Source: Verrucomicrobiia bacterium (lineage in GTDB: Bacteria; Patescibacteriota; Saccharimonadia; Saccharimonadales; JAGQNK01). Taken from it: DNA of 64,000 bases. The DNA lies in the NCBI GenBank assembly GCA_035489575.1, contig DATHJY010000002.1, positions 15,080 to 79,079 of the forward strand, in the 5' to 3' direction. Below the pieces are notes generated by a model. That model was given only the letters and a program-made list of their open reading frames with translations, was not told the DNA's origin and made no database searches. Positions within the stretch are counted from its first letter, which is position 1; each line of letters opens with the position of its first letter. Positions 1-8,757 of this stretch are shown here, in pieces. Position numbers and translations under genes: made by a program.

Positions 1-29
1 GAGTGCCAGAAATGTATGGTAAAATAGTT

Positions 30-56
30 CTAGCACTCTTGGTAAGTGTGTGCCAG
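30..56. promoter_or_regulatory. CIRCE-like inverted repeat (HrcA-operator-like) upstream of dnaK
   Basis: CTAGCACTC-N9-GTGTGCCAG resembles the CIRCE consensus TTAGCACTC-N9-GAGTGCTAA (8/9 and 6/9 matches by eye). A further right half-site, GAGTGCCAG, lies at 1-9 and is cut by the window edge. Confidence 0.45.
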
Positions 57-131
57 GTATTTAAAGAACGGCAGACATTTGGCCAAGAGCTTGATGCAGA
101 AATACAAGATGTATTAGAAGGAGAACAATAC

Positions 132-2060
132 ATGGGAAAAATTATCGGAATTGACCTTGGTACTACCAACAGCGCCATGGCCGTTATGCAGGCTGGCAAG
201 GCAGAGATCATTGCCAACAGCGAAGGCAACCGCACCACACCATCTGTTGTGGCGGTAAATAAGAATGGCGAACGTCTAGTGGGTCAGGTGGCTCGCCGGC
301 AGCAGGTGACTAACTCTGCTAACACGATTTATGAAGTCAAACGCCTGATTGGCCGCAATTGGTCAGACAAAGAAGTCCAGCGTGATATCAAGCTGATGGG
401 CTACGAAATGGTCAAGGCTGGCAACGGCGTCAAAGTAAAGATGGGCGACAAAGAATACAGCCCCGAAGAGGTTAGCGCTATGATCTTGGGCAAGCTGAAG
501 GCCGATGCCGAAAGCTTCCTGGGCAGTCCCGTAACAGAGGCTGTCATTACGGTACCTGCGTACTTTGATGACTCTCAGCGTCAAGCTACTAAAGACGCCG
601 GTAAGATTGCCGGACTAGAGGTCAAGCGCATTATTAACGAACCGACCGCCGCAGCCCTGGCATATGGCTTGGACAAGAAAAAGGCCGACGAAAAGATTGC
701 CGTCTATGACCTTGGTGGCGGTACCTTTGACGTGTCTATCCTAGAACTTGGCGACGGTGTGTTTGAAGTAAAGGCTACCAACGGTGATACCCACCTGGGT
801 GGTGCTGACTTTGACCGCGTGTTGGTCAACTACTTTGCCGACGAGTTCAAGAAAGAACACGGCCTGAGCATCAGCGACGACAAGGCTGCCATGCAGCGTT
901 TGCGCGACGAAGCAGAGAAGGCCAAGATCGAGCTATCCTCTACCAACGAAGTAAACGTCAATCTACCCTTCCTGACCGCTGACGCCGACGGCCCCAAGCA
1001 CTTCGAGCACAAGCTAACCCGTGCCAAGCTAGAAAGCCTGGTGGGTGACCTAGTAGACAATACTGCTGCTCCCTGCGAAAAAGCCCTGAAAGATGCTGGT
1101 CTGAAGGCTAGCGATATCGACGCTGTCGTTTTGGTTGGTGGTATGACCCGCATGCCAGCCGTACAGGAGAAGGTACAGAAAATCTTCGGCAAAGAACCTA
1201 TGAAAGGTGTGAACCCTGACGAAGTAGTGGCTATTGGCGCCGCAATCCAGGGCGGAGTGCTGCAGGGTGATGTCAAAGACGTGTTGTTGCTGGACGTAAC
1301 TCCACTGTCACTGGGCATCGAGACTCTGGGTGGCGTGGCGACCAAGCTGATCGAACGCAACACGACTATTCCAACCAGCAAGAGCGAAACATTCAGTACT
1401 GCTGCCGACAACCAGCCGCAGGTAGAGATCCACGTGGTTCAGGGCGAGCGCGAAATGGTGAGTGACAACAAGTCGCTTGGCCGTTTTGTACTAGACGGTA
1501 TTCCATCTGCCCCCCGCGGTGTGCCACAAATTGAGGTGACCTTTAACATCGACGCCAACGGTATTCTGAACGTCACAGCCAAGGATAAAGGTTCTGGCAA
1601 AGAGCAGTCTATTACCATCCAGAACAGCGGTAACTTGGACAAGACCGAGGTAGAGAAGATGGCCAAAGAGGCCGAGGCCAACGCCGAAGAAGACAAGAAA
1701 AAGCGCGAAGCTATAGACGCTCGCAACCAGCTGGATAGCGCCGTCTACCAGGCAGAAAAGATGAAGTCTGATAATAAAGACAAGATTGCCGAAGAAGATG
1801 TAAAAACCCTGGACGAAGCTATCGAGGCCGCCAAGAAGGTAGTCACAGACGAAAAGGCTGACAAAGATGCCCTAGAGGCAGCCGCCAAAGAACTGACTGA
1901 CAAGATGATGCCAATCGGTGCCAAGATGTACGAACAAAAAGACAAAGGTGCTGATGCCGAATCATCAGACGAGAAGCCGAAAGATGCCGATAAAAAGGCT
2001 GACAAAGAAGACGACGCCGTAGAGGGCGAAGTAGTAGACGACGAGGAAAAGAAAGACTAG
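132..2060 (+). CDS. dnaK: Molecular chaperone DnaK (Hsp70)
   Basis: The internal ATG at 132 follows AAGGAG at 118-123. The product starts [14 protein letters not shown] and carries DLGGGTFD and other Hsp70 signatures. It ends in an acidic EEKKD tail. Confidence 0.97.
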   Translation: MGKIIGIDLGTTNSAMAVMQAGKAEIIANSEGNRTTPSVVAVNKNGERLVGQVARRQQVTNSANTIYEVKRLIGRNWSDKEVQRDIKLMGYEMVKAGNGVKVKMGDKEYSPEEVSAMILGKLKADAESFLGSPVTEAVITVPAYFDDSQRQATKDAGKIAGLEVKRIINEPTAAALAYGLDKKKADEKIAVYDLGGGTFDVSILELGDGVFEVKATNGDTHLGGADFDRVLVNYFADEFKKEHGLSISDDKAAMQRLRDEAEKAKIELSSTNEVNVNLPFLTADADGPKHFEHKLTRAKLESLVGDLVDNTAAPCEKALKDAGLKASDIDAVVLVGGMTRMPAVQEKVQKIFGKEPMKGVNPDEVVAIGAAIQGGVLQGDVKDVLLLDVTPLSLGIETLGGVATKLIERNTTIPTSKSETFSTAADNQPQVEIHVVQGEREMVSDNKSLGRFVLDGIPSAPRGVPQIEVTFNIDANGILNVTAKDKGSGKEQSITIQNSGNLDKTEVEKMAKEAEANAEEDKKKREAIDARNQLDSAVYQAEKMKSDNKDKIAEEDVKTLDEAIEAAKKVVTDEKADKDALEAAAKELTDKMMPIGAKMYEQKDKGADAESSDEKPKDADKKADKEDDAVEGEVVDDEEKKD

Positions 2061-2100
2061 ATGGACCAGTCCGCTGACGAGCTGGCTTTTAGTTAGGGAG

Positions 2101-2340
2101 GTGATGATTTCTTTCGCCTCCCAAGACACTCGAGTGCAAGCAGTGGGTCAGTTTCTACTCACCGAGCACCAAGACTTGGTTAACGATGACACCCTAGACG
2201 CCTATCTGGACGACAGAGAGGCGCTGCTGGAAGAGGTAGCTCGCTACTACGACCTCGACTTCGAGGGAGTGCGGGAAGCTTTTGTGAACGCCCTGACTAG
2301 TTTAGGTGTAGAAAAGGGAAGCAACCATGGCGAAAATTAA
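2101..2340 (+). CDS. Hypothetical small acidic protein (79 aa)
   Basis: ORF directly after dnaK with a GGGAGG-like RBS just upstream. No recognisable motif. Confidence 0.4.
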   Translation: MMISFASQDTRVQAVGQFLLTEHQDLVNDDTLDAYLDDREALLEEVARYYDLDFEGVREAFVNALTSLGVEKGSNHGEN

Positions 2341-2357
2341 CAGAGGCGTGTTAGGCC

Positions 2358-2780
2358 ATGAATAACGATCATTATACGATTTTAGGCGTAGACAGAAATG
2401 CCACCGTCACCGAAATCAAGAAAGCTTTTCGCAAAAAAGCCCTGCAGCTGCACCCAGACCAAGGGGGTGACGAACAGGCTTTTCGTGAGCTCAAGGCGGC
2501 GTTTGAATACCTGATTACCCACCCACTGGTAGAGGACGCAGAGATTGGCTACAACCCTGGGGGCTATGATCCATTTACAGATGCCAACTACGACAAGCAC
2601 ACCTTTTTTGCGCCCGAGCACGACCACATTGCCGAGTTCGAGCGGACGGTGCGTGCCCAGGGCTGCCCATATTGCCACGGCATAGGCACTATTAGTAAAC
2701 TAGTAGACCCCAGCCAAGGGTTTATGGGCCGCCAAGAGCGCTTTTGTCGGTGCCAGATAGTACAATGGGCACCAGCATGA
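2358..2780 (+). CDS. J-domain protein with a C-terminal Cys-rich segment
   Basis: HYTILGVDRNATVTEIKKAFRKKALQLHPDQGGD contains the HPD tripeptide of J domains. The C-terminus has CPYCHGIG and CRCQ motifs. Confidence 0.8.
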   Translation: MNNDHYTILGVDRNATVTEIKKAFRKKALQLHPDQGGDEQAFRELKAAFEYLITHPLVEDAEIGYNPGGYDPFTDANYDKHTFFAPEHDHIAEFERTVRAQGCPYCHGIGTISKLVDPSQGFMGRQERFCRCQIVQWAPA

Positions 2781-3100
2781 CAAAAAGAGATTACTGCTAC
2801 CTGTACCTGACCTGCGAAGACGCTGCCCAGGCCTCGCGCATTGCCAAGTCCTTGCTAGGCCGGCGGCTGGTAGTGTGCGCCAAGCAAGTCCCCGTGCAGG
2901 CAGCTTATTGGTGGGAGTCCAAGATCACTCACGCTAACGAAGTTTTACTGGTCATGGAAAGTGCGTTAGATTTATTTGATCGGGTAGAAGCAGCAGTTGC
3001 CAAGCTGCACAGCTATGACACATTTGTTTTAGAGGCGGTACCCATTGCAGCAGTATCGACAAAAGCTAAGGCATGGATGGAAGAGAATTTAGATGGCTAA
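2777..3100 (+). CDS. cutA: CutA-like divalent-cation tolerance protein
   Basis: YCYLYLTCEDAAQASRIAKSLLGRRLVVCAKQ...AAYWWESKI...EVLLVMES...HSYDTFVLEAVPI matches the CutA1 fold pattern. The ATG at 2777 overlaps the upstream stop (ATGA). Confidence 0.75.
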   Translation: MTKRDYCYLYLTCEDAAQASRIAKSLLGRRLVVCAKQVPVQAAYWWESKITHANEVLLVMESALDLFDRVEAAVAKLHSYDTFVLEAVPIAAVSTKAKAWMEENLDG

Positions 3101-3275
3101 AAAAGATTATTACGAAGTACTTGGCGTTGGCAAAACTGCCAACGCAGATGAGTTCGTGAAGGCTTCTGACCAAGCGCTGACGTTGACTAATGCGGGACTT
3201 TTTGTTACTATAGGCTTACAGCACCCCGTGTTGGCTTCGGCCTCAGCGGGGCTTTTTTGTGGAGGATACGTATGA
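3093..3275 (+). pseudogene. Relic 5' end of a dnaJ gene (J-domain start only)
   Basis: Bases 3093-3141 match the real dnaJ start at 3876-3924 at 48/49 nt. The translation MAKKDYYEVLGVGKTANADEFVKAS then diverges, and there is no HPD motif. Confidence 0.6.
3224..3258 (+). terminator. Putative intrinsic terminator after the dnaJ relic
   Basis: CCCCG...CGGGG stem with an inner GGC-TTCG-GCC hairpin, followed by CTTTTTT. Confidence 0.4.
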
Positions 3276-3883
3276 GAGTTTTAGTAGATGGTGAAAATTT
3301 GCGACATCAGCTTGCGCACATTCTGAAGCAACACCAGAAAATCAACGACAAACACGCTTATTTTCGCTTTGATCTGGTCGGATTCTTACGGGAGTCGTTG
3401 CATGTTGCGTTGGTTGATGTTACCTATTACACTACTCGCATAAAACAGCCCACTCAAAAAGTACCCATAAAACTCCAGAAACGAATCACTTCAATTTCTG
3501 AAGCGAATCGACGCTGGGTAGCAGACCTGACAAACCAAAAAATAACAGTTGTAAAAGCGGGGTATCTGCGTGTTCGAGAATCAGGTGCCTGTGTTCACTG
3601 CAGCAAGAAAACGCTTGTACTACAAGAGAAGGGGGTCGACGTTCGCGTGGCCACAGATTTGGTGATTGCTTCTCACGATAAGCCGCAGAAGACCGTTGCA
3701 CTGGCTTCTTCGGATAGTGACTTGGTGCCTGCAATGCAGGCTGCTCACCGGGATGGCCTGCCCGTTATCTATTTTTGCTATGCAGGGTGGTTGAATCGTT
3801 CGGTTTCTTCGCAGGCCCAAAAGACAATTACGTTTGACGATGCTATGGTTCTCAAATACTTCAAAGGAAACAACAATGGCTAA
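3272..3883 (+). CDS. NYN/LabA-like (PIN-related) domain protein
   Basis: The ATG at 3272 follows GGAGGA at 3261-3266. MRVLVDGENL..., EKGVDVRVATDLV and SSDSDLVPAM are typical NYN-domain acidic motifs. Confidence 0.8.
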   Translation: MRVLVDGENLRHQLAHILKQHQKINDKHAYFRFDLVGFLRESLHVALVDVTYYTTRIKQPTQKVPIKLQKRITSISEANRRWVADLTNQKITVVKAGYLRVRESGACVHCSKKTLVLQEKGVDVRVATDLVIASHDKPQKTVALASSDSDLVPAMQAAHRDGLPVIYFCYAGWLNRSVSSQAQKTITFDDAMVLKYFKGNNNG

Positions 3884-4967
3884 AAAAGATTATTACGAAG
3901 TACTTGGTGTTGGCAAAACTGCCAGCCCAGACGAGATCAAGAAAGCTTTCCGGCGAGCAGCCGTAGAGCACCACCCCGACAAAGGTGGTGACGAGGCTAA
4001 GTTCAAAGAAATCAACGAAGCTTACGAAGTGCTCAAAGATTCGTCCAAACGCCAACGCTACGACCAGTTTGGCCACGCCGGCGTGGGTGGCAATGGTGGC
4101 GGTGACCCATTTGGTGGCTTTGGTGGACAGGGCCAGAACGTCAACTTTGACTTTGGCGACATGGGCTTGGGTGACATCTTCAATAGTTTCTTTAGCGGTG
4201 GTACGGGAGGCGGCGGTCGTCAGCGTCAGGCACGAGGCCGCGATGTAGAGGTAGCCGTAGAAGTTAGCTTTGAGCAGGCTGTCTTTGGCACAGAGGTAGA
4301 TCTGAATATCGAGTTAGAGGACGAGTGCGAACACTGCAAAGGCAGTACCGTAGAGCCGGGCCACGAGATGAAAAAGTGCGACGAGTGTGATGGCCATGGT
4401 CAAGTAACCCGCGTTATGCGTACTGTTTTTGGCAATATTCAACAAGCCACGGTCTGTCCCAAGTGCAAAGGTGTTGGCAAGGTGCCCGAAAAAGTCTGCA
4501 CAGTGTGTCATGGCAAGGGTACTCGGCGAAAGAAACAAGAAATTGGCCTGAAAATCCCGGCCGGCATAGACGACGGTTCGACCATTCGATTGCGCGAACA
4601 TGGCGAGGCAGTTGCCAATGGACCAAAGGGTGACTTATACGTGCACGTACGGGTCAAGTCCCACAAGAAATTCACCCGCGAGGGCGACCTTATTCTGAGC
4701 GAAGAAACAGTAGGCATGGTAGACGCGGCCCTGGGCACTGAAATAGAGGTGGACACGGTTGACGGACCGGTCAACATGAAGGTGCCAGCTGGCACTCAGC
4801 CCGGCACTGACTTTAAACTGTCGGGTCATGGAGTACCACATCTCAAGCGTGAAACACGTGGCGCACATATTGTGACTATCCACGTCGAAACACCTACCAA
4901 GCTATCCAAAAAGCAACAGGAACTGCTGGAAGAATTTAAGTCTCATAAAAAACGAGGCTTGTTCTAG
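3876..4967 (+). CDS. dnaJ: Chaperone DnaJ (full length: J domain, G/F region, four CxxCxGxG zinc-finger motifs)
   Basis: MAKKDYYEVLGV...HHPDKGG, then a Gly/Phe-rich stretch, then CEHCKGS, CDECDGHG, CPKCKGVG and CTVCHGKG. Confidence 0.95.
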   Translation: MAKKDYYEVLGVGKTASPDEIKKAFRRAAVEHHPDKGGDEAKFKEINEAYEVLKDSSKRQRYDQFGHAGVGGNGGGDPFGGFGGQGQNVNFDFGDMGLGDIFNSFFSGGTGGGGRQRQARGRDVEVAVEVSFEQAVFGTEVDLNIELEDECEHCKGSTVEPGHEMKKCDECDGHGQVTRVMRTVFGNIQQATVCPKCKGVGKVPEKVCTVCHGKGTRRKKQEIGLKIPAGIDDGSTIRLREHGEAVANGPKGDLYVHVRVKSHKKFTREGDLILSEETVGMVDAALGTEIEVDTVDGPVNMKVPAGTQPGTDFKLSGHGVPHLKRETRGAHIVTIHVETPTKLSKKQQELLEEFKSHKKRGLF

Positions 4968-5025
4968 TAGCAAAAAACTGCATATATTCTGTACAAATTT
5001 TTACAATGCGTGTACAAATAAGCAT

Positions 5026-5169
5026 ATGCGTCTCGTAAAGTTCAAACGGGGTAAGGGCGCACTGAAAAAACTTGATCAAAGCGGCCTGATTCCTCTCCTT
5101 CTTGTAATACTCTTTATTGTTGTTAGTCTGGTGCTGTTCGCTTATCTGCGCGTACAGAATGCTAAATAG
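5026..5169 (+). CDS. Possible 47-aa single-pass membrane peptide (below the ORF-track cutoff)
   Basis: Manual translation gives MRLVKFKRGKGALKKLDQSGLIPLLLVILFIVVSLVLFAYLRVQNAK, a basic N-terminus followed by one hydrophobic helix. There is no clear RBS. Confidence 0.25.
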   Translation: MRLVKFKRGKGALKKLDQSGLIPLLLVILFIVVSLVLFAYLRVQNAK

Positions 5170-5244
5170 TTCTATATAACAGGGGTAATTTCTGGTCATA
5201 CTGTCTTAGAAATGGTATACTGATACTTCATAATCTTTGACAGT

Positions 5245-5682
5245 ATGAAGCAACAAGTCCCACCAAAAATTATCAGTACTTTTGAGCCAGTTGGGTTTCC
5301 GGATTTTGGCGTGGACGAAGTAAAAGCAAAGATAGACACGGGGGCCTATACCGGCGCCCTACACTGCACCAATATCCGCGTAGAAAAGTCCGAAGCAGGC
5401 AAAGTTCTGCACTTTTCGCCGCTTGGCGATCCGGCCGTTGATGCAACCGTCACCGAATTTGCGGTGCGGTATGTGCGCAGCAGCAATGGTGATAATCAGA
5501 AACGATATTTCATAAAAACGCGCGTAATCGTCCGGGGCCAAACCTACCCCATCGCTATTAGCCTGGCAGATCGCAGCGAGATGCGGTGGCCAGTACTCAT
5601 TGGCCGGCGATTCTTACGCCACCACCATTTTTTGGTTGACGTTGGCAAACGTGCCACGTATGGTGAACCGGTAGAGGAATAA
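5245..5682 (+). CDS. RimK-associated retropepsin-like/ATP-dependent zinc protease family protein (RimB-like)
   Basis: KIDTGAYTGALH and WPVLIGRRFL motifs, and the position immediately upstream of rimK. Confidence 0.65.
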   Translation: MKQQVPPKIISTFEPVGFPDFGVDEVKAKIDTGAYTGALHCTNIRVEKSEAGKVLHFSPLGDPAVDATVTEFAVRYVRSSNGDNQKRYFIKTRVIVRGQTYPIAISLADRSEMRWPVLIGRRFLRHHHFLVDVGKRATYGEPVEE

Positions 5683-5686
5683 TGAA

Positions 5687-6610
5687 ATGGATCAAGCTCC
5701 ACCAATGAAGATAGCTGTATTGTCCGCCGGACCGGGCAACTACACGACCATGCGTCTTATAGAAGAAGCCAAAGCCCGCGGTCACGACGTGCGGGTGGTT
5801 AACTATAACAAATGTTATATGACCATCGAGCGCAGCAACCCAGTTGTGCGCTACGAGGGTGAAGATTTGTCTGACATCGATGTGATTATTCCCCGTATTG
5901 CCCAGTCGGTAACCAAGTACGGCACAGCGGTGGTACGCCAGTTTGAAATGCAGGGTGTATTTACTACGGCCAGTTCTATTGCCATAAGCCGCTCGCGCGA
6001 CAAACTACGCGCTATGCAAATCATGGCTCGTGCTGGTGTGGGTATACCAAAGACCGTATTCTCGCGCGAGACAGCCGAGACAGACGACCTTATCGAACAA
6101 ACTGGTGGTGCGCCTGTGATTATCAAGGTGGCTCGTGGTACTCATGGCAATGGTGTGGTGTTAGCCGAGACCAGGAAGGCTGCTCAAGCGGTAATGCAAG
6201 CCTTTTACGTAGAGGGCGTGAACTTTTTGGTGCAGGAATTTGTCAAAGAATCTGCCGGTGAAGACATACGAGCTCTGGTGGTTGGTGGCAAGGTAGTTGC
6301 TAGTATTAAACGCCAGAGTCTTGACGATGATTTTCGTTCCAATACTCACCAAGGTGGTGTTGGCAGCCCGATAAAACTCACCGAAGAAGAGCGCAAAACT
6401 GCCCAAAAAGCCGCCAAGGCTATGGGGCTGCCCATTTGCGGTGTGGACATGATGCGTAGCGACCGTGGCCCACTAGTGCTGGAGGTAAATTCCTCGGCCA
6501 GTATCAAGACGCCCGAGCAAGTGACCGATCGCAACGTAGCAGGTAAAATTATTGATTACATAGAACAAAATGCCAGAGGCAAAAGAAGACGCGATCGAGT
6601 CGGCGCCTAA
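5687..6610 (+). CDS. rimK: RimK-family ATP-grasp alpha-L-glutamate ligase
   Basis: MKIAVLS...YTTMRLIEEAKARGH...VIIKVARGTHGNGVVL...VLEVNSSAS shows the ATP-grasp pattern. GAGGAA RBS 7 nt upstream. Confidence 0.85.
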   Translation: MDQAPPMKIAVLSAGPGNYTTMRLIEEAKARGHDVRVVNYNKCYMTIERSNPVVRYEGEDLSDIDVIIPRIAQSVTKYGTAVVRQFEMQGVFTTASSIAISRSRDKLRAMQIMARAGVGIPKTVFSRETAETDDLIEQTGGAPVIIKVARGTHGNGVVLAETRKAAQAVMQAFYVEGVNFLVQEFVKESAGEDIRALVVGGKVVASIKRQSLDDDFRSNTHQGGVGSPIKLTEEERKTAQKAAKAMGLPICGVDMMRSDRGPLVLEVNSSASIKTPEQVTDRNVAGKIIDYIEQNARGKRRRDRVGA

Positions 6611-7052
6611 AAAAGGCCGACCATACAAACTGCTGGGCGGGGGTCTGCTAGCCTTGCTGTTCTTCCTGGCCATAGCAGTATTGCCAGACCGTCTTGGGTC
6701 TAATGTGGTGCTGGGCCATCAGAACTTTCGAGTAGATGTAGCTGCCACGGCCGCCCAACAAGAACAGGGCTTGTCGGGCCGGACTGGGCTGGCTGACCGC
6801 CAAGGTATGCTCTTTGTCTTTCAGGATCCGGATACATCGTGCTTTTGGATGAAGGACATGGAGTTTGATATAGACATCTTATGGTTTGACGAGGGCCGGC
6901 ACTTGATCCACCAGGCAAAAAACTTGTCACCAGACACCTACCCAGCCAAGTATTGTCCGCCCAGGGCAGCCAAATATGTGCTGGAGGTTCCGGCTGGAAC
7001 GGCTGACCGGCTTGGCCTAAAAGATGGTGACGACATAGAAGTTAACCTTTAA
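6570..7052 (+). CDS. DUF192 family protein with N-terminal membrane anchor
   Basis: GLSGRTGLADRQGMLFVF...FWMKDMEFDIDILWFD...YVLEVPAG is the characteristic DUF192 pattern. It overlaps the rimK 3' end. Confidence 0.7.
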   Translation: MPEAKEDAIESAPKKGRPYKLLGGGLLALLFFLAIAVLPDRLGSNVVLGHQNFRVDVAATAAQQEQGLSGRTGLADRQGMLFVFQDPDTSCFWMKDMEFDIDILWFDEGRHLIHQAKNLSPDTYPAKYCPPRAAKYVLEVPAGTADRLGLKDGDDIEVNL

Positions 7053-7080
7053 CATAACCGTTTTCTGGTATCATACCCAT

Positions 7081-7566
7081 ATGACACCTCTTATAGTATT
7101 GGCTGCTGCAGCATGCGTGCCTGTGGTGCTGGCACTTGTGTTTCGTGTGAGCGCCGTGAAGCTGTTTGTGTCCATGTCCGCCGGTTATTTGTTGGTGCAG
7201 TTTGTTGGTGACGATGCCGGTTTGGCAGCTGGGGCGTTTATACGCGGAGCCAACACGCCCATGGCCACACAGATTGCTTTGCTACTAGCGCCCACGTTGT
7301 TTACCCTGCTGCTTATGCGCAAGTCCTTGCCCAGCTCTAAGCTGCCACTGCACATTTTGCCCCTGATAGCTATTGGCGCTTCACTGGCAGTTCTGACGCT
7401 GCCGCTGGTGCCGAGCCATATCCAAAAACAAGTGTTTGATGCACCGCATGGTGACGTACTGCGGGACGCCCAAGACGTCGCCGTTGCGCTGGCTGCTGTG
7501 TTAACGCTGGTACTTATGTGGGCAACTGGCCGCAATAAAGAGGACAAAAAGCGCGGCAAACACTAG
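7081..7566 (+). CDS. Hypothetical multi-pass membrane protein
   Basis: Several hydrophobic helices and a basic C-terminus. No conserved motif recognised. Confidence 0.5.
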   Translation: MTPLIVLAAAACVPVVLALVFRVSAVKLFVSMSAGYLLVQFVGDDAGLAAGAFIRGANTPMATQIALLLAPTLFTLLLMRKSLPSSKLPLHILPLIAIGASLAVLTLPLVPSHIQKQVFDAPHGDVLRDAQDVAVALAAVLTLVLMWATGRNKEDKKRGKH

Positions 7567-7581
7567 GTAAGGTTGTCGTCT

Positions 7582-8562
7582 TTAGGGCTGGCCACTCACG
7601 AACTGCCGAGGATCTGCTGCCTGTCCGTTCACTCTGATTTCAAAGTGCAGGTGGGTGCCCGTAGAGGCGCCGGTTGATCCTTCGAAACCGAGCGTGGTGT
7701 CTAGGTTCACCTCTTGACCTATCTGTACGGCAATCGAGGCCAGGTGGGCGTATACCGATGTCACGCCGTTTCCATGATCGACAACCACGTGGTTGCCGAG
7801 CCCCTGATAGGAGCGAATGGTGTCTATGACTCGTCCTGGCCTAAAAGGCTTGATGGGTGTGACGCCCGAGCGCTGTCCGTCGCTGATGTCTAGGCCGGTG
7901 TGCGTTCGCTGGTACGGCCAGTGAGCCACACCGAACGCGGTGGTGACAGCGCCCTGGATTGGCCACTGTGGACCGGCAGTGGGCGCAGCAGGAAGTACGG
8001 CTGGTGCCGGAGGCAGGGCGGCAATGGCCGCTTGCAGCTCGGGCGAATTTGGATCGATTATTGGTACCTCTACGTGGTCGGAGGGTCTTATGACTGCACT
8101 GACGACAGAGGTGTTAGAGACAAACTTCAGAAGCTTTCCAGGTGCGCCAAACACAAGGGCAGCGCTTCTGAAGGCCGCATTGCCAACAAATCCCAGGCCC
8201 TTGGCCACGCCACGAGCTACTGCAACTACGCCGCTGCCTGCGCGCCGGGCTATCAGTTTGCTGGTTCGCGCTGTGGCTGCCGAGGCTGATTGGGTGTCCT
8301 CGTGAATCGTATGTGCGGCCGCGGTCATGTTTTTGCCAAACCGGTCCACGGCCAAGGTCATGCCGGTGGTGACTACGTTTGGGTCGTCGGATGGTGCGTC
8401 TACAATCTGGACATCGGCTGTGCTACTGGCCTGGGCCTCGGCACTTCCGGTCTCTAGGGTCGTAAAGAGGATAGCTGCCAGAAAAAGAACGACAATAATA
8501 AGCGCACCGACAAAAAGAAACCGTAGCTTGTATAAAAGTGTATCTGAGTGATTCATATCCAC
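7582..8562 (-). CDS. M23 family metallopeptidase (membrane anchored)
   Basis: HTGLDIS...GLGNHVVVDHGNGVTSVYAHL...GSTGASTGTHLHFEIRVNG matches the HxxxD / HxH M23 signatures. Confidence 0.85.
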   Translation of the reverse strand: MDMNHSDTLLYKLRFLFVGALIIVVLFLAAILFTTLETGSAEAQASSTADVQIVDAPSDDPNVVTTGMTLAVDRFGKNMTAAAHTIHEDTQSASAATARTSKLIARRAGSGVVAVARGVAKGLGFVGNAAFRSAALVFGAPGKLLKFVSNTSVVSAVIRPSDHVEVPIIDPNSPELQAAIAALPPAPAVLPAAPTAGPQWPIQGAVTTAFGVAHWPYQRTHTGLDISDGQRSGVTPIKPFRPGRVIDTIRSYQGLGNHVVVDHGNGVTSVYAHLASIAVQIGQEVNLDTTLGFEGSTGASTGTHLHFEIRVNGQAADPRQFVSGQP

Positions 8563-8757
8563 TCTATCGACGTATAGTCCTGAAAGTACAGATTATACAC
8601 TAAATTTGCATATATTACCCGTATAATTAATAAAAATAAGCATATGTGTTATTGCGTGCGGTGGAGGGGTGGTGATACAGAAGTGGTGTCCGAGGACTAC
8701 CAAACCTCTGCGGCATTGCCCACACTCACCGCACGACTTACTCCGTCCTCGCCTGAA

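Noticed and set aside
830-2005. Long - strand ORFs (830-1411, 1439-1726, 1745-2005) inside dnaK
   Set aside because: They are antisense to an unmistakable Hsp70 reading frame. Their Ser/Ala/Leu-rich low-complexity translations are typical of shadow frames.
4936-5199. 87-aa - strand ORF in the dnaJ-downstream spacer
   Set aside because: It is an AT-rich intergenic region with a Lys/Asn/Tyr/Ile-rich translation and no RBS. It overlaps a more plausible small + strand membrane-peptide ORF and promoter-like motifs.
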